In this document: piece by piece, positions 42,701-55,721 of the stretch | Layout: each line of letters opens with the position of its first letter | Numbering within the stretch: the stretch's first letter is position 1 | Assembly (NCBI RefSeq): GCF_009914755.1 | Contig: NC_060930.1 | Strand: one strand, 5' to 3' | Source: the human T2T-CHM13v2.0 reference genome, Homo sapiens | Length of the DNA stretch: 64,000 nt | Position numbers and translations under genes: made by a program | Notes under the pieces: generated by a model | The model's database searches: none | Seen by the model: only the letters and a program-made list of their open reading frames with translations | What the model was told of the DNA's origin: nothing

Positions 42701-45080
42701 ACTTAAACTATAATTTTTAAAAAATTAAAAAAATAAAAAAGAAATAATAAATTTAAAAAATTAAAACCATATAAACACGAGGAAATTAAATAACATGCTC
42801 CCGAAAGACCAGTATGTCAAAGAAGAAATTATAAAGCAAATTTAAAAGTTTCTTGAAACAAATAATAATGAAAATACAACATATCAAAACCTATGGGGTA
42901 CATTGAGAGCAGTACTAAGAGGAAAGTTTATAAGTACCTATGTCTAAAAAGGAGAAAACCTCAAATAAACAACCTGATGATGCATCTTAAAGAATTAGAA
43001 AATCAAGAGCAAAACAAACCCCACGGTAGTAAAATAAAGATCACAGCAGAAATAAATGAAATTAAAATGAAGACAACACCACAAATGAAACAAAAAGTTG
43101 CTTTACTTAAAAGATAAAAAAAGATAAACTTTTAGCCAAAATAACTAAGAAAAATATAGAGAAGACCCAAATAAAATCAGAGATGAAAGCGAAAACACTA
43201 AAACCAATGAACAAATAGATCCCACTAAACTGGAAAACCTAGAAGAAACGGATAAATCCATGAATACATACAACCTACGAAGATTGAACAATGACAAAAG
43301 CCAAAACCTGAATAGATCAATAACAAGTAATGAGATCGAAGCCATAATAAAAGTCTCCCAGCAAAGAAAAGACCAGGACCTGATTATTTCACTGCTGAAT
43401 TTTATCACACATTTAAAGAAGTAATGCCAATCCTACTCAAACTATTCTGAAAGACAGAGAAGGAGGGAATAATTCCAAACTCACTCTAAAAGGCCAGCAT
43501 TACACTGATACCAAAACCAGACAAAGACGCACTAAAAAAAATAAAACTACAGGCCAACATCTGTGATGAACATTGATGCCAAAATCTTCAATGAAATACT
43601 AGCAAACTGAATTCAACAACACATTAAAAAGAAAATTCATCATAATCCTGTGGCATTTATCCCAGGGAGGCAAGGTTTGTTCAAAATGCATAAATCAATC
43701 AATGTGATATATCATATAAACAGAATGAAGGGCAAAAATGTGATCATTTTAATTAATGCTGAAAAAGCATTTTATAAAATTCAACATCCCTTCATGATAA
43801 AAATCCTTAAAAAACTAGGTATAGAAAGAACATGCATCAACATAATAAAAGCCATATACAATAGACCCACAGCTAGTTTCATACTGAAAGGGGAAAAACT
43901 GAAAGCCTTCTTCTAAGATTTGGAACATGACAAGGATGCCCACTTTTACCACTATGACTCAACGTAGTACTAGAAGTCTTAGCTAGAGCAGTAAGACAAG
44001 AGAAAGAAATAAAGGCCATCCAAACTGGATTTTTAAAAAGTCGAATTATTCTTGTTTGCAGATAATATAATCTTATATTTGGAAAAATCTAAAGACTCCA
44101 TAAAAAATTTCTAAAACTGATAAATTCAGTAGCGTTGCAGGATACAATGGCAATATGCAAAAATCAGTAGCATTTCTGTATGTCAACAGCAAACAATCTG
44201 AAAAAGAAATCAGAAAAGTAATCCCATTTACAAGAGCCACAAATAAAATTAAATACTTCAGAATTACCGTAATCAAATAAGTGAAAGATTGCTACTATGA
44301 AAACTATGAAACATTGATAAAAGAAATCGAAGATGACACAAATGGAAGATATTCCATGTTGATTGATTGGATTAATCAATATTGATAAAGTGTACATACT
44401 ACCCCAAGCTATTTACAGATTCAGTGCAATCCCTGTCAAAATGCCAATGACATTCTTCACAGAAATAGAAATATAATTCTAAAATTTATGTTGAGCCACA
44501 AAGGACCCAGAATAGCCAAAGCTGTCCTGAGCAAAAAACAAAACTAGAGGAATCACATTACCTGACTTTAAATTATACTACAGAGCTACAGTAGCCAAAA
44601 CAACATGATGCTGTCATAAAAACAGACACATAGACAAATGGAGCAGAATAAAGAACCTAGAAATAAACGCATATATCTACTGTGAACTAATTTTCAAAAA
44701 CATTTGCCAAGAACATACACTAGGGAAAGGACAATCTCTTCAATAAATAATGCTGGGAAAACTGGATATCCATACACAGAAGAATTAAATTGGACCCTTA
44801 ACTCTTACCAGATACAAAAATCAAATCAAAGTGGTTTAAAGACTTAAACCTAAGATATCAAACTATGAAACTACTACAAGAAATCATTTGGAAACCTCTC
44901 CAGTACATAGGACTAAGCAAAGATTTCTTGAATAATACCCCACAAGCACAGGCAACAAAAGCAAAAATGGAAAAATGGGATCACATCAAGCTAAAAAACT
45001 TCTGCACAGCAATGAAAAGGATCAACAAAGAGAAGAGACAACCCACAGAATAGGAGAACACATTTGCAAACTACCCCTCT
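39715..45080 (+). mobile_element. L1M1/L1MA-type element (ORF1 end to ORF2), 5'- and 3'-truncated, host of an L1PA7
   Basis: ORF1 C-terminus (KERILKAAKEKKQI..LAADFSMETLQAR), endonuclease (NVNGLNSSIK..CLEETH) and RT remnants. Confidence 0.9.
41337..42763 (+). mobile_element. 5'-truncated L1PA7/8-like insertion
   Basis: ORF2 C-terminus, 3'UTR and A-rich tail; degenerate TSD aaaactata/aaaaccata; host L1 resumes in register. Confidence 0.9.
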
Positions 45081-45364
45081 ACATTGATGGAGGGACAAAT
45101 TCATCTATGATGCTTGAATGGCTGTGAGAAGTGGCAGGATTAGTGTGGGTTCAGGTACTAGAAATGTGGAGAACTATCAGAGATAGCTTCCAGGGTTGTA
45201 CTGAATAATCAAGTAGGCATAGGAGGCAAGCAGAGTGCTGTATTTCTTGTTATCTCAGAATAAAAAGTTGGTATTAAACGTAAAGTGTGAGAGTGTCTTG
45301 GATACACTTTACTTGTCAACTGTGATGTTTTATATGTTTATTTTGGTCAAAGAAGTACAAATTA

Positions 45365-45700
45365 CATTTTATTATATAGTAAAAAGAAATGTTTTTTGTT
45401 TTGTTTTGTTTTCACACAGATAATCAGGCAATGGGAGCAGGAAAATGTCTCTCCCTCCCTAGCCAGTAAAGCCGCTTTATACAAATGCTGCAAGGTGATG
45501 AGAATTTCTTCAGGGTGTATACACATATAGTTTATATATAGTTTAAAACTGAGAAAAATTCTGTCCATGCTAAGCCAAACATTAATGGGCATAAAAGAGT
45601 ATTCACATGTTATCTGTTGGCAAACATCAATCCTACATAGAAATTTCTTACTTTCAGATGAATAAATAATTCGCAACAGCAGAGAAAAGGAAAGAATATT
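45365..45700 (-). pseudogene. Fossil exon, PLAT C-half running into the next repeat
   Basis: ORF 45362..45676: LRIIYSSESKKFLCRIDVCQQITCEYSFMPINVWLSMD (cf. LRIxHD..FLxRIEV..EYxF..WLSxD); 104 open codons. Confidence 0.75.
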
Positions 45701-46809
45701 TCACAATATAAGAGAACAGGAGAATTTTCTTAAAGATTAACCAACAAATTGTACACTGTTAATCATTTTTTTTCTAGGAAACAGATTAAGTATTTGGAAA
45801 GTATCTACTTTACACAACTGTAAGACAAATACAAGATGTTGTGCCTGCTGTAAAACATGAGACTGAAAATAAAACTAAATGACAATGGACTGAGTAGCTT
45901 AGGGTACAGAAATAAAAAGATTCCAATACAGGTAGAAAAATAATAAAAAGTAACTAATATGAAAGATAAGACTTAAGTTCCCTAGTAAAAGTAGCCCTTT
46001 AAAGCCCAGGTAAATCAGTGACAAAATGAAAAAGCTTCATAAGAATCCAGGGAAAATGAAATATAAATGAAAGTAAAATAGATGAAGACTATGGAGGGCA
46101 GAGAATGGAGACCCAATTCATGATTTATAGGTAGTGCTGGGGAATAAATGAAAGAAAATAATGATCATAAGTATAGTAATAATAATAATAAAGTGTTCCT
46201 GTGGAAGAAAATCTGTTTGCAAATCTTTCTGCTCATAAAAAATACACAAAATTAAGCCATTCTCTGGTTTCTATGGAAATATATTTGATTTTTCTAAGAA
46301 CGTACACTTCTAGTAAATTTTTAAAAGATGATTATGGATCTCCATTTTACAGAAAGATACTAAAAAACAGAATATAGTTTATTAGTAAGGAAAATTAAAG
46401 TGAAAGGAAAACATTACCTAATATGAATATTCACATATTATATGAATATATGAGTGCTATTTCTAAGCACTTTCTGTATAATCTAACTTAATTGTCATAT
46501 GAACCCTTGTACAGAAGTAGATTACCTAATTGTGCATCTTCATACAGCCAGGAAATGGTGAAGCTAGAATTAGTATCTAAGCTAGATGGTTTCTGGAAGT
46601 GTGCACTTAACCACTGTGGCATATCAACTAAATGTAATTTTAAATGTCTAGATATTTAAAATAAAAGACAAGTAAAACAAATTATGATTTAAATAAGCAA
46701 ATAAGATTAGAAGTAAAAATAAAACTGGTGTTTGTTTTTATTTTTTAATACGGACTCTTGACTAAGATTGAGCATATATTAATATATATTTATATTAAAA
46801 TTACTATAT

Positions 46810-47560
46810 GTTTTGTTCAGGACTCTTTTACCTCTAGTAACAGAAACATAACTCAATATATGAACTCTATGGGCACATATAATTGCCAATTATAAGTTGT
46901 ATGACTAGTTTCACACATAATAGGATCCAGTGGTTCAATAGATGCCCTGGGAATTTTTATGTTTCTCCAAATCTCGCCTTTGTTTTCTAGTGTTCACTTT
47001 ATTTACTAGAAAGCTGTCTCTGAATAGTGACCAAGATATATACAAACCACAGCTATGGATTTAAAAGTCTTAGTCATGAGACATTCACAGAGATGAAAGA
47101 ATTCTGGGTCAGGTGCAGTGGCTCATGCCTGTAATCCCAGCATTTTGGGATGCTTAGGTGTGAGGATAGTTTGAGGCCAGAAGTTTGAGACCAGCCTAAA
47201 CAACACAGTAAGATGCCATCTCTACAGAAATTCAAGAAAATTAGTTGGACGTGATGGCACATGCCTATAGTCCTAGATGCTAAGAGGCTGAGGCAGAAGG
47301 ATCTCTTGGGCCCATGAGATAGAGACTACAGTGAGATATTACAGGCACTGTGCTCTAGCCTGAGCTACAGAGCAAGACTGTTTCAAAGCAAAAAAAAGAC
47401 TCAGATTGGCCTAATTAGGGCTACTAATCTTTTGCTGAACCAATCACTGCTGCCAGACAGGTGGGATAACAGGTGTACTCTTGTAGCAGCAAAGGTGGAG
47501 TATGCAATTAATGGCCTCCACAAGAGGAGAGAGTGTTTACAAAAGGAAGAGATGAAGGGC
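46810..47560. mobile_element. Old MLT1 LTR interrupted by AluJ
   Basis: gactctttt..agtaacagaaac..actcaa; actcagattggcct..ctgaaccaatcactg. Confidence 0.55.
47107..47398 (+). mobile_element. AluJ
   Basis: gaggatagtttgaggccagaagtttgagaccagcc..ggatctcttgggccc..gactacagtgag; highly diverged. Confidence 0.9.
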
Positions 47561-48269
47561 AAACAAAAACAGTAACAGGTGTCTACTACAACTGCTTACA
47601 AGATCATCAAAATGATATAATTTTTTAAAAGAAAAAAGATGAGCAAAATACATAATTAAAGCATAAACAAACTATTACAATATTAACATCAGGAAAATTT
47701 TTAAATTAGAAGCATTAATTTAATAAACAAAACATTTATATTGATAAAGGTTAAATGTATAATGAAAACAACATGTATAGGCCACTACAAGTTGAATCCA
47801 CTACAAGTTGAATTTTCTACAAGAAAATATAGATAGAAAAATTTAGGAAAATATGAGAAATTGAGAGAAAGGCAATTAGAGTGTAAGAACGAATAACATA
47901 GCAATCATTTTATGGCAGATCAAGTAGATATATAAAAACAAGGAGGACCCTACAACATAATAAAGGAAAAAGTTGATATATTATTTCAATTCATAACCTA
48001 TTATAAAAATGTCTTCAGTTCAATTTTCCATAACACAATTTCAGAAATTAGGCTTTAACTAAAACACACAGATTTTAAAAAATCTCTAAATTTCTGAAAC
48101 ATAAATTATACTGGCTAGAATTAGACATTAATAATAAATATTTACATTAAAATTTCCAAATACTTTAAAAGTTTTATATCCTCCTTAACTAATTGTTGGT
48201 CTAGATAAGATAAACAACAACAATAATGACAACAAAACACCTTCTAAAACCTAGTTTCTAGGATTGTAT

Positions 48270-48660
48270 GAGATGAAAAATAGTAAAATGAATATATTAA
48301 GTTAATGAATCCCATTATTTTAAAATTAAGTGAAAGTATTGTGTATTTATGTTTAAAAGTAATGACCAATTCAATTGATAAAAAGTGTTAACTGATTGCT
48401 TTGAATTTAATAAAATCTATTTTTATCATTTAATTGCATTTTAAAAGTCCTAACTCAAGTTTCAGTTCTTCTAATACATAAAATAACCTGCTTCTTCATA
48501 TTTAGCTCTTCCAAAAAGACTAATGTTTTTAGAAAATACCACTCTTACACAATGATGAAGTCAATAAAGTGCGATTGAAATGCTTCCTTCAATATGACTA
48601 TATTCTAATTGGGTTGTACAGTAGCAATTAATTAACATGAAATTGATGGCAAATTTTTTA
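48270..48660 (-). pseudogene. Fossil exon, one PLAT domain
   Basis: Single frame EGSISIALY*LHHCVRVVFSKNISLFGRAKYEE (48490-48590; cf. ANVFITLYG..LFERGKxDE), then ELGLLK and NTQYFHL..W. Boundaries approximate. Confidence 0.7.
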
Positions 48661-48792
48661 TCTAGTGTTATCTCCAAATTTAACATATTTAAATGCATCT
48701 TTACTCTTAAATGCTTGTGCTATTTTTCTCAGAGATATCTCTAAATTTCTAAATACAATTAATTTCCCAAATGAACTTGGCAAACCCTGTTA

Positions 48793-48806
48793 CTACTAGA
48801 GGGCAG
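48793..48806 (+). promoter_or_regulatory. CTCF-like motif
   Basis: CTACTAGAGGGCAG, one mismatch to the core CCACYAGRKGGCRS; motif only. Confidence 0.45.
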
Positions 48807-48989
48807 TAAAGTCTTGTTAGACGCTCAGGGACTGCCAGTGCAATTAGTCCCTGCAAAACCACATGGGGTACTGTATGATGCAACTTTCAGCTTTATTTTC
48901 TGCCAAGTAATAAAGTCTGAGAAATCACTTTGTTTCTAATATTTGCACTTTAAACAAAACTCATCACTTGATCCAGCTCAATCAATAAA

Positions 48990-49330
48990 CACTAATTAGC
49001 AAGTCAACCATTGTAATTAGGTTACAAATTGGTTAAAGTATTATATTCCTTTTTAAGTATCAGATATTAACACTTTTCCTATAAAACTGCCTACTCAAAT
49101 TGTTTTAGGTTTCTCTTTAAAATATTCATTGGAAAGTTAAACAATTGCTTCTCTTAAAACGTCGTTGACAAATATTTACTATAAAATCATGTTTCTGGCA
49201 AACTTTTCAACATTTAATTATTCATGGGAAAGAAATATCCAAAATAGAATTTTGGTACTCTGAGGAAAATATGTAAAAATGATGCAGTTGCTGAGCAACT
49301 CCAGAAAAAAAATAGAAGATGAAAAACTTT
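48990..49330 (-). pseudogene. Fossil exon, PLAT domain
   Basis: HFYIFSSEYQNS / EKFARN..FIGKVLISDT*KGI*YF..QWL; boundaries approximate. Confidence 0.55.
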
Positions 49331-50329
49331 GTATATTGTCTGGCCATTTTTTAAAAGACGTTATTCCTGTCGTGCAGCGTATTAGATCAGCGTGCCTTGT
49401 GAACAGGATTTTAACAGGCAGGAGATGTGACTGTGTTTAAGATTCCTTTTTCTAGTCACTAGTTCATTGTCAGCAGCAGCTACAGAGCAGCTTTATGTGC
49501 ATTCAGAGACCGCCAGGAAATTAGTTCTGCATGACTGAGTCAGCACTGTAGCCCAGAGAAGGAGGATCACCCATTTCCTTAAGCAATTGTTTATTCCTTG
49601 TTGTGATAACAATATTAAATATTATAATCCTGGTATAAAATAATAGGCATGCCTTGACATTTTGTTTAAAAATTGAGTCATTCCTGAGTGATCCATACTA
49701 CAGTCTTTATGCCAAGTTTAAATGGAACTCAAAAGGCTTTTCTTTGCTTTTTGTTGCCTTTCAAAGTGCTTGATAGCTGTTGATAGCTTATTTAATGTCT
49801 TCAAACCTCCTTCTAAATTATATGAGACAGTGAAATAAAATGTCAGTGAAATGAATGCAAGGAAAATGAACATTTGAAACTAGCAACAGCTAAAATTAAA
49901 CTGATGTTTAAAATTAAGGCAAATGTTTTTGTTTCTACGGTTTTCAAGGGGAAAAACAGCATGGCATTAAGATTTTCCTATCTGGACTAATTAGTCAGTA
50001 GGCTATATCCCAGAGTAAATTAACATTGGTTCTAAGTACTTCACTGCTACCCTATTCCCATGAACATTCGTTCCTCACACTACCAACCCCCAAATCACTC
50101 TTCATTTTTGTTTTTCTGTAAAAAAGTGATATAAAATGTTTCTGTGCTCAGTATATTGATTATTGTTTCCCACTTAAACTCTAAATTGTTTATATAAACC
50201 ATGCCCTTGCATATTCTTTAAGATTGAAAAGGATAACTTTTCCCATTACCACATACCATAATATATATGTAGCTATAAGGCAGCAAATGGCCTCTTAGAT
50301 TTTTTATATGCTTCCTAATTACTTATCAA

Positions 50330-50592
50330 AATATATGTATGTAATATTATATACGTATATATGTATATAATATGTATATATCATATATGTATATTATATA
50401 CATATATACGTATATAATATACATATAATATAATATGTATATTATATAATATACGTATATAATGTATATTATATGTATATTATATACATATATGATATTG
50501 TGTATACTATATTAAATTTGATATCATTTATATATGGTATATATTAGATATCATATATAAATTTATATATTATATATATATATATATATATG
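50330..50592. repeat. AT-rich low-complexity repeat with a perfect 30-bp inverted repeat
   Basis: Arms 50344-50373 and 50391-50420; terminal (TA)n. Confidence 0.9.
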
Positions 50593-50939
50593 AAATCTCA
50601 AAATATCTTACACACATCCAGGCAATCATATACCTTGCCTGAACCTAAAGATGTCATTAAAGCCTAATAATTTCGGAGGGGAATTTGAAGGTGTTTTAAG
50701 CCCAGATTTCAATTTCATGATTTTCAATCTATATCATATGCCTCTTTCTAGGGTTTCAACAAAATCATTGTCACCTACCAGACCCAGAAGATTAGTATGA
50801 AAGTATAATCAAGAAAATGACTAAGAAATTAAATTGAGCAGAGATTTATTAAGCACTTACTCTGCTGCTGGAATTTTGCAAATTTGCAACGGTGAATATG
50901 GTAATATACAACACAGTTCTTGCCCTGCATCTTGTTACT

Positions 50940-51382
50940 TTAACAGCATGAAAGATACTAATTTGCCCATTTGACATAACTTTTTGGTTGAAAAATATGA
51001 CATGTTAAGCAAAATCAATTTGCAAAATTTTGTAATAGTATGCAGGATAGAACAGAACTTGTACATAACCCTATTTTTCAAATTGATCAGATTCTATTTT
51101 TGATGGAATGATGAGCTTCCTCTCTAATTCAGGAAAATCAGGAGATATAATCTACTGAATCTGCCTAATCAAGAATACTATGAAAAAAAAAGAAAAGGAA
51201 TATAGCTTACTATGAACTGTTTGCTCTGGTATCAGAAATGAATTAGTTGCAGAAATGACTGTTAATTAATATATTAGCCAAGGAAGCAGCAAATTATTCC
51301 TATTAAGGTCAATTGTTTAATTTGAGCTTGATAAATGACAAAGTAACATGAAGCTATTTTGCAGCAATTACAAACTAAGGAA
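50940..51382 (-). pseudogene. Fossil exon(s), PLAT domain
   Basis: Acceptor ctaattgtttccag|. IYQAQIK / AASLANILINSH (cf. YQVxVKT..AGTDANVFINIYG); ends SNGQI. Confidence 0.5.
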
Positions 51383-52539
51383 CTGGAAACAATTAGTACA
51401 CAACAATCAAAATCAGACCAGAAAGGCAGGGTTCAGTAAAAGAATAAAGTCAAAGCCAAAAAGGTTTTGCAATTTGTTCTACTTTCTGAAATGTTAAGTC
51501 CTAATTTTTGGTTCATGTTTTAAGAGTATCTTAAGGCCACTCCCTTGAATCAATTAAAACTAAGTGAAGTTAAATTATGAAGAATGAAAGGGTGTCAGAG
51601 CTCACTTGGTGAAAATTTTAAATTTGTTAGAACGTATTAGAACTATCAGATCACAAAAGAATATGATTAAGAAGGATACATGACAGGTTGAATTACTCAA
51701 GCTTGTGATAATAGTATTAGACTGTGTGAATAAAAATTATTACCATGAATATTATTCCATATTTTGCCTAGAATATGTGCATGTGAGTATAAAACTGGAA
51801 AGTGAAAGTAGGGAGGGAATATTTCTAACCTTTTTTTACTTCAAAGACACATTTAGGGCTGTTCTACAACTTTCACTAAGGATGTATGGCACAGGATGTA
51901 TTGGCAGGTGTGTCCTGCACAAGCACAATTGTGTAAAGAGGTGGTTGTGGGCTGAAATCTGCCTGCATTCTGCTCGTGAGGGTATAGGTTCCATAATGGG
52001 GCTGTATTGGGCTGGAAGGAAGGGGAATCTTTTCTATGTATATAATTAATGAAACTCTCTGATGAGTCAGTGAAGACTCTGGCCTGTACTTTGCTATAAA
52101 AAATCTACTCAGTTTATTTATGTTTTCTTGACTTTTTGTGTCATTGTGTAATAGAGATAACAGCACTTTATACTAAGATCCATGCTTACATGTGTTGCTC
52201 GTGTTTATTATTTAAAAAATGAGGCATTAATACCTAATTTTTGTGCTTTCAAAATGTGTTCAAATATTTTATTCCTTTTTCTTAAAATTATTCTTTAAAA
52301 TTATTTTTTAATATCTGTTTAGCTCTAACACAATAATTGATACTTTAAAAGGACTTATATATTTTTAGCAATAAAAAGCTGGCTCTGTTTTATACTTTTA
52401 ATAGATACAAAAATAAATAATTTGATTTTGCTTTCTTTTACTGTTCTTAAAGAAAGAGCTAGTCAAATTTTTAGAATGAAGATCTCAATATTAGCTACAA
52501 TGTTTTCTGGATAAGAGTTACATAATTTTTAGGAAAAGA

Positions 52540-52776
52540 GAAGAAAAATATTAATCCATGCAATATAATTGTATGTTATAACACACCACCAGCCAGTTAG
52601 AGCATTGAATACAAGGAATTGTTCAAAACTTAAACTTCAAAAAGTCTCTGTGCCCATTAGAAGTTAAAAATCTGTCATCAAAAAAAATCTCTATAAGACA
52701 ACTGTGTGACAAGACTTGCAAATATATATCTACTTTCCAAAAACATAGTCCCAGTCATAAGAGTTTGGAGCTCTGC
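52540..52776 (-). pseudogene. Fossil exon, PLAT C-terminal two-thirds
   Basis: Acceptor ttgtttctttacattcatag|. Single frame KVDIYLQVLSHSCLIEIFFDDRFLTSN..*TIPCIQCSNWL. Confidence 0.68.
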
Positions 52777-52949
52777 CTATGAATGTAAAGAAACAAGGGG
52801 CATTACGTTGGAAATGTTATTGAAAGGAAGAAAAAGTAAATGGTGCAGGTTGTCCATGATAGATGTAGGTAGATGAAAGAGTTGGGATTCTTAAAGAAAG
52901 AAGGAAAAATAAAAGATGAAAAGAAAACATAAAGGAGAGAAAAGACATC

Positions 52950-53412
52950 TTTATCTACACAAGTAGACTAAACGAGAAAAAAGTCCACCTTATTAATTAA
53001 CTCTCATTTTAATATCATTGTATTCCATCTCTAGTCACTCTCCTCTACAAAAGACCTTACAGGAAGGCTCAGCAGATGATGATGGTTTACAATTCTACCC
53101 TGATCCCTTATCATGCAGAGCTGTTAACAGGGCAACTCCTTGCTATGTATGACATCCTGATTCTCACCATAGTCAAAAGGAAGTTCAGAAAAGATTGTTC
53201 ATAAAAACCATGAAAATCCATAGTGACCAAACTCACATGTGGAAAGATCTCCAGGACACGTATTGTTTGTCAGACTCGTGTATTTATACAGAAACTTTTT
53301 TTGGCCATTTTGGCCATTTGAGTTTGTTGCAAAATTGCACAATGTAACCTCCACTACATACTAACATTATAAATACTTTCCAGCTTAATTTACAGCAAGG
53401 GAAATAGATGAT
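52950..53412 (-). pseudogene. Fossil exon with the best-preserved PLAT repeat
   Basis: Acceptor ttctctttcaatag|. YVVEVTLCNFATNSN..PGDLSTCEFGHYGFSWFL*TI (53255-53193)..ELPC*QLCMIRDQGRIV. Confidence 0.8.
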
Positions 53413-53949
53413 CTATTGAAAGAGAATACACAAATACAGCAAGTAGAAAATAAGCACGATTTTTAAGAGTTCTGGAGGGAAAAAGGACTCTTTGATCACT
53501 GCAAACTTCAAAAACCAAAATAGTGTATCAATGTTAATATTCTTATTCATAAAAGGGGATAATTGACCAAATGGGCAGTTATTATCTGAAGTACTGTATA
53601 TTAAAAGTGTGTAGAAGTATTATTTCATAAATTAGGAAGTAGTGGGTTCAATTCTAGAATGTACATGTATATAGGATTACACTTTTGTTAGATCTGTCAT
53701 GTAATGTAGTGTTTCATGGACAGATATTTACTTGCTTCATTTATATTGGTAAAGATATATTATTTAAAATAGGAAATTTGGTTTTATTGATCTCTAACAA
53801 TAAAGACCACAAAATAATATTCAAAAAATTATGCGAATCTTGCATTAGATCTTCAAGTCTGTAAAATTTTTAGGACTTCAGTAACCATCTTGACAGATGG
53901 TTTATTAATATTTTCTAGAACTAAAGGCCCTAACAGTATCATAGATTAC

Positions 53950-54240
53950 CCGATTATTTTTTTCTCAAGTTTCTAAGTGCCCAAAACTAAAACTTGTTTT
54001 CTTTCCCCAATGAAATCTTGACACTCCATCTGGAAGTTCCTGTGAGTTTTCATCCATTATCTGAATGAACTGTGGAAATAATTCCTTGTTTTGTCCTTGG
54101 TAAGTGCACAAAGAAGATATAATAAACTCATAACCCTTGAAAGTAATGGTATGAAGCTGCTTCAAAACTGGCTGAAAAAATGGATGTCCTGTTTCATTGT
54201 GATATCTTGTTGGTTGGTGGCAAATCACATACTTTTTCTA
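53950..54240 (-). pseudogene. Fossil exon, PLAT C-terminal two-thirds
   Basis: Acceptor ttttactctctag|, donor CGG|gtaatc. ORF 53965..54228 PFFQPVLKQLHTITFKG..ELFPQFIQIMDENSQE, then shifted NFQMECQDFIG. Confidence 0.65.
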
Positions 54241-54878
54241 CTAGAGAGTAAAACAGCCCTTCAAAGAATGTTCCTTAGTTTTCACTAAAAAGAAAATAAG
54301 AACTTGAGTTATAACATATCAAAACAAACAAATAAACAAAACTTTCTAACCAAACAAATAGTTTATGTGCAAAGCTGTTCAAATTTAAACATTGGGTGGT
54401 GATGACCAAACCAAAGAATAATTTTTATTCCTATCATAAAACTTTCAAATAATGATTGTAATAGCAACAGCTTCCCCAGCACAAGATATCTCACTATGGT
54501 GTTTTCACATGTTTCAATGTCTCCCAAACAAACCATGAAGGATGTGACCCCTTTTGTGTCTCCATTTTAGTTAATTATAAAATTGGAAAGACTAAGCATC
54601 TTGCTCTGGATTGAATCACAGAATCCCACATATACTGAATCCCAGTATATGTTCTATATTGATGAAATCTTATTTTTTGAATAGTACAATGACTTCAAAT
54701 AATTTTTTGCCTTCACTGTAAATGAGAGGGGATATTATAGTACATCTCTATTTTCATAAAGCCACTTGCAATTATACTCATAACATGAAACTTCACAGAG
54801 TTAAAACTGTACAGGAATTAAAAATAGTTGGAATAAATTATTTAAAAGATTATTGGTCTTAAACAAACAAACAAAAAA

Positions 54879-54993
54879 TGGTGGTATCTTCTTATAATGG
54901 CAGCTACTAGGGAGGCTGAGGCAGGAGAATTGCTAGAGTTCAGGAGTTCAAGACAAGCCTGGGCAACATAGCAAAACCTCATCTAAAAAAAAA
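54879..54993 (+). mobile_element. FLAM/FAM-type Alu monomer
   Basis: gggaggctgaggcaggagaattgc..caggagttcaagac..cctgggcaacatagc..A-tail. Confidence 0.85.
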
Positions 54994-55379
54994 TAAGATG
55001 CTGTTTGATTAAAAAAATGTATCTTGCACAGCGAGATAAGGATTGGAAAGAAGAAAGAAGAAACTGATGATAGTGGGTTTATAGGGAAAGCCAGTAAACA
55101 AGACTACAGAAGAGAAAAGATCAAAGCTCTGGAAAGTGGATAAATTATTAGCAGGAGCATTCATACCACCTCTCCAACCCTTCATCAAAGTCCAAATTTT
55201 TTCTTTTAAAGTGGAGACAAAAGAAGAAAAAAGTCATGGGAGCTTGCTGGGTTGCATAAGCAGCTTTTATATGAAGCCAATATTTATTAGCTATTAATTC
55301 CAGCTATGTCTAAAGTATAAGCAATTCAAATATTTGTGTCAGAAATATTTTGGGTGCCAATTATACAGTAACAATAAAT

Positions 55380-55540
55380 TGTTAATAGGGCAGTTTTAGA
55401 GTGAGGCAAATATGGATTTGAATCTTAGCAACACTATTAAGCTTTCTGAAACAAGTTTTCTTATCTTAAAATGGAGATAGTATTTACCTCATAAATAATA
55501 TTAAATATTTAATAATTAAATAGAAAATGCTTGGAAAATT
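55380..55540 (+). mobile_element. MIR remnant
   Basis: tggatttgaatctt..gttttcttatcttaaaatggagatagtatttacctcata. Confidence 0.65.
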
Positions 55541-55569
55541 GTAACATAAAGGAATAATGAAGCAAAACT

Positions 55570-55721
55570 GGCATGCACTGCCATCTAACTTTCTGTGCTA
55601 CAGCCAATTCATCCTTTTTTTCAATATTTTTCTCCCTTGTTAACTTTTCATCGGGCAGGACATCAGCTCGGACTCATTCTGTCCTCTCATGGTGATTTCA
55701 TGGGCAGTCACCATCCATGAA
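55570..55721 (-). pseudogene. Candidate fossil exon, PLAT end
   Basis: Acceptor tttattctgtgccag|; SWMV..NWL*HRKLDG (cf. NRWL..EDDG). Weak. Confidence 0.4.

Noticed and set aside
51860-52100. GC-richer island with ORFs 51705..52049 and 51876..52166
   Set aside because: Resembles an old hAT-type MER remnant; no coding or PLAT signal seen, and I cannot assign it confidently.
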